Origin: Octopus sinensis
Taxonomy: Eukaryota
NCBI RefSeq assembly: GCF_006345805.1
Contig: NC_043006.1
Coordinates: 75,330,001-75,394,000, forward strand
Length of the DNA: 64,000 nucleotides
Direction: 5' to 3'
Below are positions 25,585-37,550 of the stretch, piece after piece (positions within the stretch are counted from its first letter, which is position 1; each line of letters starts with the position of its first letter). Under the pieces are notes generated by a model. The model made no database searches and was not told the DNA's origin. It worked only from the letters and a program-made list of their open reading frames with translations. Position numbers and translations under genes: made by a program.

Positions 25585-26330
25585 CATCATCATCGTCATC
25601 ATCATCATTTAGCACCCTTTGTCCATGCTGGCATGGGTTTGACGGTGTGACCAGGGCTGGTAAGCTGGAAGACTGCACCAGACTCCAGTCTGATTTGGCA
25701 TGGTTTCTATGGCTGGATGCCTTTCCTAACGCCAACTACTCCAAGAGTGTAATGGGTGCTTTTACATGCCACGGGCATGGTTGCTATTTGTGTGGCACCG
25801 GCATCTGTCACAACTGCAATTTTACTTGGCTTGATGGGTCTTCTTCTCCTGCACCACATGATGCAAAAGGCCTCGATCATTGCGTCCATGAGGCCCACTA
25901 CTTTTTACATGCCACCGGCATTAGCCACTTTGCCTCCATGAGGCTCAATGCTTGATAGGTACCTTTTACATGCCACCAGCACAGGTGCCAGTTTTGTAAC
26001 ACCTGCATCAGCCATGACTATGATTTCATTTGGCTTGATGGGTTTTCTCAAGCACAGCATATCGCCAAATGCCCTGGTCACTACTCATTACCTCTCTGAG
26101 GCCCAAAATTCGAAGATCATGCTTCACCACCTTGTCCTTTGTCTTCCTGGGTCTATCTCTACTACAGATTCCCTCCATAGTTAGAGATTGGCACTTCTTT
26201 GCACAGCTGTCCTTGTTAATACACATCATATGACCATACCAGCGCAGTCATCTCTCTTGCATGCCACATCTGATGCTTCTTATGCTCAACTTTTCTCTCG
26301 AGATGCTTACACTTGGTCACACATTCACGT
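25585..26330 (-). mobile_element. 5'-truncated RTE-clade LINE: ORF C-terminus, modular 3' UTR and (GAT)n tail
   Basis: Minus-strand RWYGHMMCINKDSCAKKCQSLTMEGICSRDRPRKTKDKVVKHDLRILGL..MSSDQGIWRYAV (RTE RLRW.GH...GRPRKTW...DR..WR motif) runs directly into tggcac..taaaa modules, ggaaaggcatccagc..., and gatgatgat. Confidence 0.85.
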
Positions 26331-26364
26331 TGACTGAGTGATAAAGTTTTGAAGAAAAGAAAGA

Positions 26365-26724
26365 GTACAAAGATATTTATCAATGGACATTTTCAAAGAA
26401 CTGCTTTAGTGATGATGTGAGGCAACCATTCAGGAATTCATATCAGTTTTATATAATGGATTGTTAGCAAAACTTCCAGGTGTTGATTAGTGCGTAATCC
26501 TAGCCTCTATGGTATAACAAAATAATTATACCTCCCGAAGGTATAATCAGTGAGATATAATTATAATGTTGTACTATAGAGGCTGGGATTAAGCACTAAT
26601 CAGTGCCCGGAAGATTCACTAACAATCGATTATATACAACTGATATGAGTTCATGGATGGCTGCCTCACATCATTGTTAAAGCTGTTCTTTGAAAATGTC
26701 CATTGATAAGAAATATCTTTGTAC
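26365..26724. repeat. Long fold-back inverted repeat (arms about 155 bp) in the intron
   Basis: gtacaaagatatttatcaatggacattttcaaagaac ... gttctttgaaaatgtccattgataagaaatatctttgtac; central small hairpin attatacct-cccga-aggtataat. Confidence 0.9.
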
Positions 26725-27250
26725 CCTTTATTTTCTCCATGGCCTTATCATTGTCGATAACTTCTTTTTATAATTTCTTTCCATTCAGTTCAGACAAACA
26801 TAAGCAAGTGTGGGGTGGGGTGGGGTGGAGTGGTGGAGTGTCTGGAACATCACCCACAAACGTAGCAACATCATTAGCAAGCTTCGTTAATCCCAAACGT
26901 TCTGCACAGGTGCACAGCATCAGTGGCTTCACTGACCCAAAGCAATTTGTTTGGATGAGTTCATCTGCGCACTTCCATTGAGGTGACCAGGTGCGAGACG
27001 TTTCAGTGCCACCTATTCGGCATCACCAATTCTTTGCTGACTTATTTGACAATAGACATTTTAATGTTTCTCTCTCTCTCTCTCCCTCTCTCTTTCTCCC
27101 TCCATCTTTCTGTTTGTCTCTTTCTCTTCCTCTCTCCTTCCCTATCTATGTGTGTGAGCATCTAGCTATGTCTGTTTGTATGAGGGGGTGCTGAAAAGTT
27201 CCTGGCTTTGGGTAAAAGGAAATAATGATTTTATCCAACATGTTCTACAC

Positions 27251-27560
27251 TACAGTTCTATATTTAAGAGATTAGGAATTATGTACACTATTTACATTTG
27301 ACAGATATTTGTCCTCATCTAGTTTGTTGTTAACACAACGTTTTGGCTGATATACCCTCCAGCCTTCATCAGGTGTCTTGAGGAAATTTCGAACCTGGGT
27401 TCTCATTCCTAAGGTATTTTTCGATGTTATTATTATTATTCAGGTCACTGCTTGAAATCGTTCTCGGAATTTTGGGGTTAGCCCACGCTCTTAACCCCAA
27501 GATTCTGAGTTCAATCCAGGCAGTAACCTGAATAATAATAATAATAAAATAATAATAATA

Positions 27561-27591
<31 letters not shown>

Positions 27592-27640
27592 AACAACATC
27601 GAAAGATGAGGACAAATATCTCTCAAATGTAAATAATGTA
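27251..27640 (-). mobile_element. tRNA-head/(AAT)n/hammerhead element with inverted partial duplicate (Penelope-like architecture)
   Basis: Minus strand 27496-27251 is contiguous from tRNA-like head through AAT linker and gacacCTGATGA-a-ggctg..cagcc-aAAAcgtt-gtgtt to tail. 27492-27640 is an inverted, internally deleted copy. Flanks tgttctacac / tattctacac (9 of 10 identical). Confidence 0.7.
27332..27377 (-). ncRNA. Minimal type I hammerhead ribozyme-like core, G12 mutated to A
   Basis: Stem I gacac/gtgtt, CUGAUGA, extra A, stem II ggctg/cagcc, (G>A)AAA, CG-palindromic minimal stem III, GUU triplet. The G>A change is consistent with CpG decay. Confidence 0.55.
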
Positions 27641-27786
27641 TATTCTACACTTATTGCAGCAGTCCTTCAGTTTTTCTAAGCCCCATAAAAGAACTTGGAA
27701 GGTTGTTCCTCCAACCAGGCCTTTCGCGATATCCTTAAAACCAGGGACTTTTCAGCACTTGCAAATATACGTGTGTGTGTGTGCAT

Positions 27787-27999
27787 TAGGGTGTGCTGTA
27801 AAGTTCCTGGCTTTGGGTAAAAGAGAATAGAAGATCAGTTAATTATGATCCTATTCAACATATTCCCCTCTCAGAGTCACACACTTATTGCAGTGGTCCT
27901 TCACTTTTTCTGAGCTCTGTAAAAGAACTTGGAAGGTTGGGCCTCCAACCAGGCCTTTTGCAATACCCTTAAACCCAGGAACTTTTCAGTGCTCTCTCA
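27787..27999. mobile_element. mariner-type MITE
   Basis: agggtgtgctgtaaagttcctggcttt ... aaacccaggaacttttcagtgctctctca|TA. Confidence 0.8.
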
Positions 28000-28847
28000 T
28001 ATGTGTAATGTCTCTCTCTCTCTCTCTTTCTCTCTCCCCTCCTGTCTTTCTTACTCTCTTTATTTATAAATGATGTTTCTGGGAGTTTACCTCCAGTCCC
28101 AGAATGCACTGTTACCAAAATTAATCTGCATTACTCTGCAAGGGGCACAGGGTCAGTTTTCCAGTTTCTCTGGTGTATATATATATTCCACCCTAGATGG
28201 GATGCCAATCCATCACAAGATATGAAATGAAGTGTTTTGTTCAAGAACACAATGCATCACCCAAGTTTGGAATTGAAACCGCAATCTTATGATCGTGTGT
28301 CCAACACCCTAACCACTAAGCCATGTGCCTCCACTGTTGCCAAAACAGGTTCAATGTCCGGTCAGTCTTACCAAATCAACAACATCCAACAACCACACCC
28401 ACACCCAGTTGTCTCATTCTGGTGATGACCACCAGAATCTCCAAACAGAAAGAGACTGGACAGTGGATGGAATGACCACAGAAATGTCCAGACTGCAACG
28501 CTGTAACATCTAGCTGTTCAGCTTCTTTCCTTCCTGTCATCGGTCTTTCTCTTACCTCTTCTGTTTTTCTTTTTCTCTTCTCTCTTTTCTTTCATTCCAC
28601 CCTGCCCTCTCTCCCAACTTCGCCGCCTCTTCAGTCCACTTCATCCCCACTCCACCTTCCTTTCCTCACCCCAACACTTACCCAATATGCCTCTCTCTCT
28701 CCCCCCCACCCTCCTCACTCTCTTCACCTCCATCCCTCGCTCACCACCTCTCTCTTGTCTCTCTTTCTGTATCTGTATAGACATTTCTCCCTCTCTCTCT
28801 CTCTCTCTGTCTGTCTTTGTCTCTTTGTCTCTGTATATGTGTGTATA

Positions 28848-28878
<31 letters not shown>

Positions 28879-29111
28879 CTGAAGGAATGAGTAGAGATGG
28901 CCCTTTTCAGGAGATAATTTCTATTTTATTCTAAACATTATTATTAAGATTAAAAAAAAAATTATCCCCTCAAAAAATCCATCTCTACCCATTCTTTCAA
29001 ATATATATAACACTGTACCTAGAACTTTCTCATATTATTCTACTATGTATGTATGTATGTATGTATGTATGTGTATGTATGTATGTATCTCTCCCTAGTT
29101 CTCTGTGCATC

Positions 29112-29147
<36 letters not shown>

Positions 29148-29611
29148 AATCATGAATAATGCAATTCTCTATACACTAGAAAAAAAAAAACAGAAAGGAA
29201 AAAAAAAAGGGTGGATGGTCATAGCCGGAACACCTTTAATTATCGAACGATTTAATCAGTGCCTCGATAAGGCCTAGCAGCAGCAACGGTTACAATGCGA
29301 ACAACAAGAATGCCAACAATAGCGACAACATCCATTTTAAGTGTTACAAAAGAAAACCAAGAAATTCTGATCAGTTTCTCAAAGCTGACATTTTGCATTT
29401 TATTTATTGCTGTTTGTATTGTCAATGTGCTGTGGAAGAAATCCAGATACGACGAGGAAAGAAGCTTTCAAACAGCTCACGGTTGACATCTTAAATCTTT
29501 GCTGCAAGAGCTTCGAGGGAACAATGGATGGATAATTTCCTTATTTGTTTGTTGTTGTTTGATGCTGCTGTTTTTCTTTTTTTGTTGTTGTTATTGTTGT
29601 TGCTACTGTTT

Positions 29612-29644
<33 letters not shown>

Positions 29645-29691
29645 GTTTAATGTCCAGTCTCCATGCTGGCATGGGTTGGATGGTTTGACAT

Positions 29692-29921
29692 GGCGGCGAG
29701 CTGGCAGAAACGTTAGCACGCCGGACGAAATGCGTAGCTGTATTTCGTCTGCTTTTACACTCTGAGTTCAAATTCCACCAAGGTCGACTTTGCCTTTCAT
29801 CCTTTTGGGGGTCGATAAATCAAGTACCAGTTACGCACTGGGTCGATGTAATCGACTTGATCCATTTGTCTCTCCTTGATTGTCCCCTCTGTGTTTAGCC
29901 CCTTCTGGGTAGTAACGAAAT
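29692..29921 (+). mobile_element. SINE family A, well-preserved copy
   Basis: ggcggcgagctggcagaaacgttagcacgccggacgaaatgcgtag...gttcaaattcc...gtcgactttgcctttcatcc; most CpGs retained. Confidence 0.9.
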
Positions 29922-32689
29922 GGGTTTGACATGGAGATGGCTACCAACGAGCTGTCCAGACTCCAGCTGTCTGCTGAGGCATGGTTTCTACGGCTGGATG
30001 CCCTTCCTAATATGCCAACCACTTAACAGAGTGTGCTGGGTGCTTTTTACGTGTCACCATCACAGGTGTGTTTCTGCAGCACCAGCATGGGTCCATCAAC
30101 ACAGCACTGGCACATGTGCTTCTTAAGGGCCACCAGCACCTGAAAGGATTAGCCTATATGTGTAGAAACCAGCAGTTTTGCTTAGTTTGACATGTCTTAT
30201 CAAGTACAGCAAATCTCAAATCTCAACATTGTGGCCATTAGCCACAAAGAATAATCTCTAATTTGAGCCTACTGTAAGCTACCAAGAATGCGTGTGGCAA
30301 CTTGAAGATCCACCCACCACACACAATAGACTGGCAGTTGCATGGGTGCGAAAGCTACATTGTTATCCTCATTCTGTAAACGGTGGCTTTTTAACGGATG
30401 GAGAGCTGAACCATTCTGGGGTACAGAGGACTCGCAATCTAGACTAGGCTCTGAAAGTTTACCACACCATAGTGGGTTACACCATGGTTCCTCTGCTTTA
30501 TGGCAGAAGTAGGAAGAAAGAGTGAGAGAAAGTTGTGGTGAAAGAGTACAGCGGGGTTCACCACTCCTCCCCACTGGAGCCTTGTGGAGCTTAGGTGTTT
30601 TTGCTCAATAAACACTCTCAATGCCCGGTCTGAGAATCGAAACCGCGTTCTTACGACTGCAAGTCCGCTGCCCTAACCACTGGGCCATTGCGCCTCTACT
30701 GCTGTTGTTGTTGTCGTTGCTGTCATCGTTGAATCTCATGTTAGATCGTATTGAACTAACTTAGGATTTTAAAATGTTCAGCTCTGACTGTCTGTCAAGT
30801 TCTTTTTTTCCTTTTTAATTTTCTCTTTCATTCCTGGAGTAATGTACTTAAGAAAACATTATCTAATGTGTCATTCCATTCGTAATATAATAGAGTTGTG
30901 AAAATTAACCGAACATTTCTAGGAGTGAAGGGCATCAAAATGATTGGGAACCACTGTGTAGAGGCTCTTCAGTAATCGGTTTATCTAAGTATAATGCAAG
31001 TAAATTCCATTTAACGAATGCAATATTAATTAAACATAACAACATTTGCAAAGAAAAATTATAAATTTAGAAAAAACCCAAAATCTCGCATCTTCACTGT
31101 TGTTATTGTTAGCGTTCAGTCTTAGGTCAATCCTGCTTGAGTAGGCCTATGATCAAAAGCATTCCAGCCATGATTATCCAGACAGTATTTTTTTTTAAAG
31201 ATGGATCTATAATATCAATGTGTCCGTGGTTTAAAAATCGCAGAGTGGTATTTCTAGCAGGTCATGTCACCATCTAGTGGCTTTTGTTATTGGTTTGTGT
31301 ATGAAGCACTTATTGTTGTTGATATTGTTTAACCCCAGGTCAGCCATGATTAAGTAGACTCAGAATCAAGCATTTAAAGCGTTATAGTTTTGATCATCCT
31401 ATGTTTTTTCTTAGTTATGATTAAGGTTGTGTACTTAGTTTTGCTTCAAAACCACTTGGTTTTGTGTTCAGTCTCAGTGTGTGGCATACAGGGACTTGTT
31501 CTTTGTAAGCCTATTACTTATTCTATCGATCTCTTTTGCTGAACAGCTAAGTTACGGGGACATAAACACACCAGCATCGGTTATCAAGCGATGGTAGGGA
31601 GACAAACACAGACCACATGTGTATGTAACTGTGTGTGTATCGTTGGCGATTTTCTTTCTCCATCTTCCCTTCTTTGGACTTATTCTATATTTCTGATGAA
31701 GAGCTCTTCTCGAAAAGTGAAATCCCCTTTCTTTTCTTTCTTATACATATATGGGGGATGTAAAGATTTTTTCTTGTTTTCTTTTTGCAGAATCCCCCAT
31801 TTTCGAGTACGAAGATTCTGATTCTGCAAAAAAATTTTTTAAATTTAAAAAATGGCATTTTAAAATTTTTATTCCCCCCCACCTCCACATTCTTACATCT
31901 GCCTACATACATATACATAACTGGCCTTATGAGTCTATCCAACTTAGAAAGGCAGACAAGATAGTGTTAGTGTTAGTCAATTAAATTAGCCTTGGTTTAT
32001 GACTGGTACTTTATCTTATCAACCATAGATAGATGACAGTTGAAGTTCACCTCGACAGGATTTTCACACAGAATGTAAAGAATTGAAATAGAGTAAGGCA
32101 TTTTTTCTATTAATTTTTTTCTAACATATGTTCAAAGCTGTAAATCCAAAGGAGAAGAATCGTTGAATATATCGATCCCAGTACTTGACTGGAACCCTGT
32201 CTTTTCAATGCCGGAGGGATGGAAAGCAATATTGACTGTGGCAAGATTTTTAACACAGAACTAGCTTTAAAACAGAACTAGCTTTAACACAGAAATAGCT
32301 TTTAGTATTACCACAAGGCATTTTTTTTTCAGCCAATACATAAATGTGTCTGTCAATTTACTAGCTTTAAAGAAGTAATTTATAATAATAGGGAATATTT
32401 ATGAAAGAAGAAGAAAGAAAATGGCTGGTAGAAGCAGCAACAGGCCTGAATGAGTTTCTAGATTTTTTTCCCCTATTTTCTAAATCTCAATCTTGTCATG
32501 GTTACCATTTTATGTTCATCTCTTTGGGATCTTTGAAATAAGCATCAGGATTGAATCAGATATTTTGGCTTTGGGCCAAATGTTAAACAACAAAAAAATC
32601 CCAGAAATTCAGCTATTTCAGAAAGGCTGATTTAATTGACTAACACTCTCCTCTCTCACTTTCCAAGTCATATAGACTTATAGGGCTAG

Positions 32690-32690
<1 letters not shown>

Positions 32691-32756
<66 letters not shown>

Positions 32757-32944
32757 TGTATGTATGTATGTAGTATGTATGTATGTAGTATGTATGTATG
32801 TATGTATGTATGTATGTATGTATGTATGTATGTGTGTGTGTGTGTGTGTGTTGTGTGTGTGTGTGTGTGTATATACACACACACATACACATATATACAT
32901 ATGCATATGCATATATATATATAAATGCATTTGTATGTATATGC

Positions 32945-32977
<33 letters not shown>

Positions 32978-32991
32978 GACATACATACATA

Positions 32992-33037
<46 letters not shown>

Positions 33038-33185
33038 ATATACATATACATACAAATACATATACATATACATACAAATACATATACATATACATACAAA
33101 TACATATACATATACATACAAATACATATATATATACATACAAATACATATGCATATATATACATATATACATACATATATATAC

Positions 33186-33243
<58 letters not shown>

Positions 33244-33763
33244 AATACATATGTACATAGCTGAAATTTATAGAAAAACAAATATAAACATACATATAAA
33301 CATGCATAAAAAATAAAATCTCAAAGAATTATGGTTCTTCGATAGTAGCATATTGATTATGTTGATGTTGATGATGCCTGATGTTAATAATTCTTGATGC
33401 TTCAAGTGCTACTCATTAATGGGAAGAAAACAAGAAAATTGAGAGCTTGAGCAAGTTGTAAAGGATTATTTACATTTCAGCAAGGTTTTCGCACGTAAGC
33501 AATTATAATAATGGCTGATGGTTGTTGTACAATTATCGAGTTTTTGAATAGGATATACATACATAGAATTCATATATACACACATGTGCACACATATGAA
33601 AAAATATATATATGTGTGTGTTGTGTGTATGTAATATGTGTGTATGCATATATATAAACACATATGCATACTCACATGTACACACATACATGCGCTCCCC
33701 TTTAATCTCTCTCACATGTGTATATTGGTATGTGTGTTTCTCTTTCTGTGTGTGTGTGTGTGT

Positions 33764-33831
<68 letters not shown>

Positions 33832-33960
33832 TAGATAGATTGATAAAACTCACTTGGAAAAGGTTGCGTGGCATTCGATCATATAATAATATAAATAATA
33901 TATAAATATATGCATATATACATACATATATGTACATATCTACATATATATGTATATATA
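32691..33960. repeat. Compound microsatellite block (TA, TATG, TG, CATA, TACAAA variants)
   Basis: Directly visible; source of about a dozen spurious ORFs in the track. Confidence 0.95.
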
Positions 33961-36258
33961 AATAATAATAATAATAATGAAATTATTGTATACAGTGCTC
34001 AGGTGCACCGCAACTTGTCAAAAGTGCGTATAAAGCATATGCAGTAATGTACAAAAGCCTGGGAAGTGAACAGTGTATGAGTCAGATACATGCTTGCGTG
34101 TGTATGGGGGGAGGAGAAAAATCAGATGTAGTGTTGCGAATCTCAGGAAGCATGGAAGTTTTAAAGGATGCAGTGCTCCGACAACTAACAACTGATGCCG
34201 GCAGTCTAGATGAAATGCTTAATGGTATTTCTACTGTCTTTTATGTTCTGAGTTCAAATTCCGCTGAGGTTGACTTTACCTTTCATCCTTTCCGTGTTGA
34301 TAAATTAGATACCAGTGAAACACTGGGGTCGGTGTAATCGATTATTCCCCTACCCCCAAATTTCAGGCCTTGTGCCTTTAGTAGAAAGGGTTATTATTTT
34401 TCATTTTTGGATTTGGATTGCAAGATTCTTTATATGAGTTCGTGTGTTGAAGCATATTCTGTTGTGTCTGGGGAGAGTCATTTTCTTTTTGTGCCTTATT
34501 ATTTAACACACTCACCGGTAAAATTTCCACTTATTAAAAATAAGAAAATAGTGGAAATTTTACCGGTGAGTGTGTTATTATTATTATTATTATTTGATTA
34601 TTGATGGTGGTGTTTAACCCTATGTCAGAATTGATCGTACAGATCTGTGATAAAAACATTTTATCTTTTACTTACTTATTGTTTATGCTCCCCCTACCAA
34701 ATGTTATACAATGATATAACTCATCACCTGCACTGTGAACAACAAGAGTGGCAACAACTTACATATTAATTCTTAATACATTTTGAATATGAATATGTTA
34801 ATTGCTGTTGTATTTCATCTTTGGTGAACAACATCTCTTTTCATATAAACGTGTGTTCATAACACACTCGGCTCATCAGTGTGAGAGAATTTTGGAACAC
34901 CCTGTATTTTAACATCATTGTGTCTCCTCAGTCAAAGCTATGCTAGATTAATGAATTTTAATAAGGATTTGTGGCTCTTGTTTTAAATTCAGTAAGCAAA
35001 TTATTTGTTGATGCATGCTGATATCTGGCCACCTATTATATGCAAGGTCAACAGTGTGAATCAAAACAATGGCTTACATATTCATTCTTAACTCATTCTG
35101 GCAGATTCAGACATAAATATGCTAATCACTTTTGTCTTTAGTCTCTGGAAATCAACTTCTCCTTTCAGATGAATGCGGACACTTCACATACTCAATTCCC
35201 ATTTTCTTAATGATAGTGTATTGTGATTTGAGTGAGATTTGTCTTTTATATTTAGCAGATCATTGCCATGCATAATTTCATATATTGTGTTATAATATAT
35301 TGTGACATAGATGTGTTGGGGTGGGGATTGTGGTGCTAGGCAATGGTTTAGTTAGTTTTCGATATTTTCATTAATAATCAGGGAAGTGTGTGCATGCATT
35401 TGTTTTTGGTTTTGTTTTTAAATGAAGTTTGAAATTCCGCTGGGGGTAGTGCAGGGGAAGAGAGGAAAATTAATTAAAAAACAATCTATTTTAATGTGTT
35501 GAGATTGATCAATTTTATTGATTTGCAATTTTTAACTGAAAGCCTATAAAATTTCAAATAGGTATGTATGTGTGTTTGTGTGTGTGTATATATATATACA
35601 TGCCACTAGTAGCACACGTCACCTTACTGGCACATGAAAAAAAATTGAGTGAGGTTGTTGCCAGTGCCGCTGGACTGGCTCCTGTGCAGGTGGCACATAA
35701 AAATCACCATTTGAGCTTGGCCGTTGCCAGTACCACCTGACTGGCCCTCGTGCCAGTGGCACATAAAAGCACCTACTACATTCTCAGAGTGGTTGGCATT
35801 AGGAAGAGCATCCACCTGTAGAAACTTTGCCAGATCAGATTGGAGCCTGGTGCAGCCATCTGGTTTGCCAGACCTCAGTCAAATCGTCCAACCCATGCTA
35901 GCATGGAAAGCGGATGTTAAATGATGATGATGATGATGATAACAACATTCCACTCATTAAGTAACTGTGTACCTACTTATGCCCATGCCTGTATGTATAT
36001 TTTTGTGTATATCTGTTTAAGACAGATAAGGTTCTAATCTTAGTTTTCAGTTGAGTAGTTATAAGCTGGACGGGTATCTAGTTATTAAATAGTGGTGGTG
36101 ACATGGAGTATATTTGCTACAAGATACAAACAATTCCACCCATGAATACATAAATAAATAATGTTTTTTGGGAAAAGAAGAACAAGTTAGTTTTAATTTG
36201 GCCGTCCTCCTGGATGCTTCTGTGATTTCACACAAGCACACCATCCATCATGGTCCAC

Positions 36259-36294
<36 letters not shown>

Positions 36295-36719
36295 TTAACG
36301 TCCGTTTTCCATGCTAGCATGGGTTGGACGGTTTTGACTGAGGACTGGCAACCAGATGGCTGCACCAGGCTCCAGTCTTGATCTGGCAGAGTTTCTACAG
36401 CTGGATGCCCTTCCTAACGCCAACCACTCCGAGAGTGTAGTGGGTGCTTTTTACGTGCCACCTGCACGGGGGCCAGTCAGGCGGTACTGGCTACGACCTT
36501 GCTCGAATCTTTTTACACATGCCACCGACACAGGTGCCAGTGAAGCGACGTTGGTAATGATCGTGCTCAAATGGTGCCCTTTTACGTGCCACGGGTATGG
36601 AAGCCAGTTGGCTGCTCTGGCAACGATCACAATGATCACGCTCGGATGGTGTTCTTGGCACCCTACTAGCACAGGCATAAGTGCCAGTAAGGCGACGCTG
36701 GTAACGATCATACTCGATC

Positions 36720-36975
36720 ATGCAATGCTTGTTCTTAATCTGTCAACATTTACCATTCTACTGCCCTGAAGCAAGTCGTCCACATAGATTAGATGTTTTC
36801 TTCCCCTGTTGATTCTTCCTTCAACCGACTGCCAGAAAACCAGTTGACACAGGTTCTTCTGGGTGCCTGATGCAATGACCAGCAATTCTTATACTTCTCT
36901 ACTGAATCTTTTCTGCCTCTTTGGGTAGATTTTCATAAAGGTGCTCATTGGTCAGAACAAACAGAACTTTTGGGT
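36720..36975 (-). pseudogene. RTE-like LINE ORF C-terminal relic
   Basis: TNEHLYENLPKEAEKIQ*RSIRIAGHCIRHPEEPV / LVFWQSVEGRINRGRKHLIYVDDL matches the N..LYG.LP...RR..AGHC.RH.E...RGR...Y.D.L motif. Confidence 0.75.
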
Positions 36976-37183
36976 TTGGTTTAGTGTATCAGGCTACACC
37001 ATGGACTGAGCACATTTTGTCAAGCCACTGGCTTTAGAGACTTTCCCTACCTCATGTCTAAAAGAATCAAGTCCTCTCTATTTTTTGTCATCATCATTAT
37101 TCAGAATTACTCTTCTCTTCAACAGGTTGCCAACCCTGGGGCTTCTGTTGTCTATATCACCTCATTCCCTCCTTTATTTTATT

Positions 37184-37550
37184 TATTACCTCTGCCTTAG
37201 CAAAGGTGGAGGGATTATTTTCAGTCATGTTTGTTTGTTTGTGGATAAGATATCTCAAGAACCATTGGATGGATTTAAATAAAACTTTCAGGGATGTTTG
37301 GCCTCATCACTGGCATGAACTGATTAGATATTGGGATCAATCTGGTACCAGACATGGATTCTGGATTATTTTTCTGTTTTTTTTTTACTTAATTTTTGAG
37401 AGCAGTCAGGTTCAGTTTTAGTATTCTCATTTGTGTGAGCAGTCGAGTTTATTTCAGATATTCTCATTTTAAAAATTGTCTCTGGCTAATTATTGAGAGG
37501 ACATTGGTGTCACCTAGGTGGAGGTTTTTCACTCTCTGAGTGTTCTTGTT
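37184..37550 (+). mobile_element. Helentron-associated non-autonomous element (HINE/DINE-1-like structure)
   Basis: 5' attacctctgcc, short tgtt microsatellite, 3' ggtggaggt subterminal inverted repeat followed by hairpin cactc-tct-gagtg and a T-rich end. Confidence 0.7.

Larger units (their letters stand above)
27181..27760. mobile_element. mariner-type MITE interrupted by the tRNA-head/hammerhead element
   Basis: TA|tgagggggtgctgaaaagttcctggcttt ... aaaaccagggacttttcagcac; uninterrupted sister copy at 27787-27999. Confidence 0.8.

Noticed and set aside
26820-27050. Possible LINE C-terminal CCHC remnant on the minus strand (CRIGGTET...)
   Set aside because: Too degenerate to assign by eye; left unannotated.
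31765-31920. Strong-looking acceptor ttttctttttgcAG as exon 2
   Set aside because: The phase-0 reading has no SLC12 similarity and reaches a stop without a donor; the site is one arm of a 13-bp inverted repeat (tttttgcagaatc/gattctgcaaaaa).
32640-33937. Cluster of long ORFs (up to 213 aa) rich in Y/I/H/T/C/V/M
   Set aside because: Translations of TA/TG/CATA microsatellites. The same holds for the ORFs at 3027-3315, 4540-4887, 8359-9139, 13532-13942, 39113-39440, 53038-53782 and 59561-60022.
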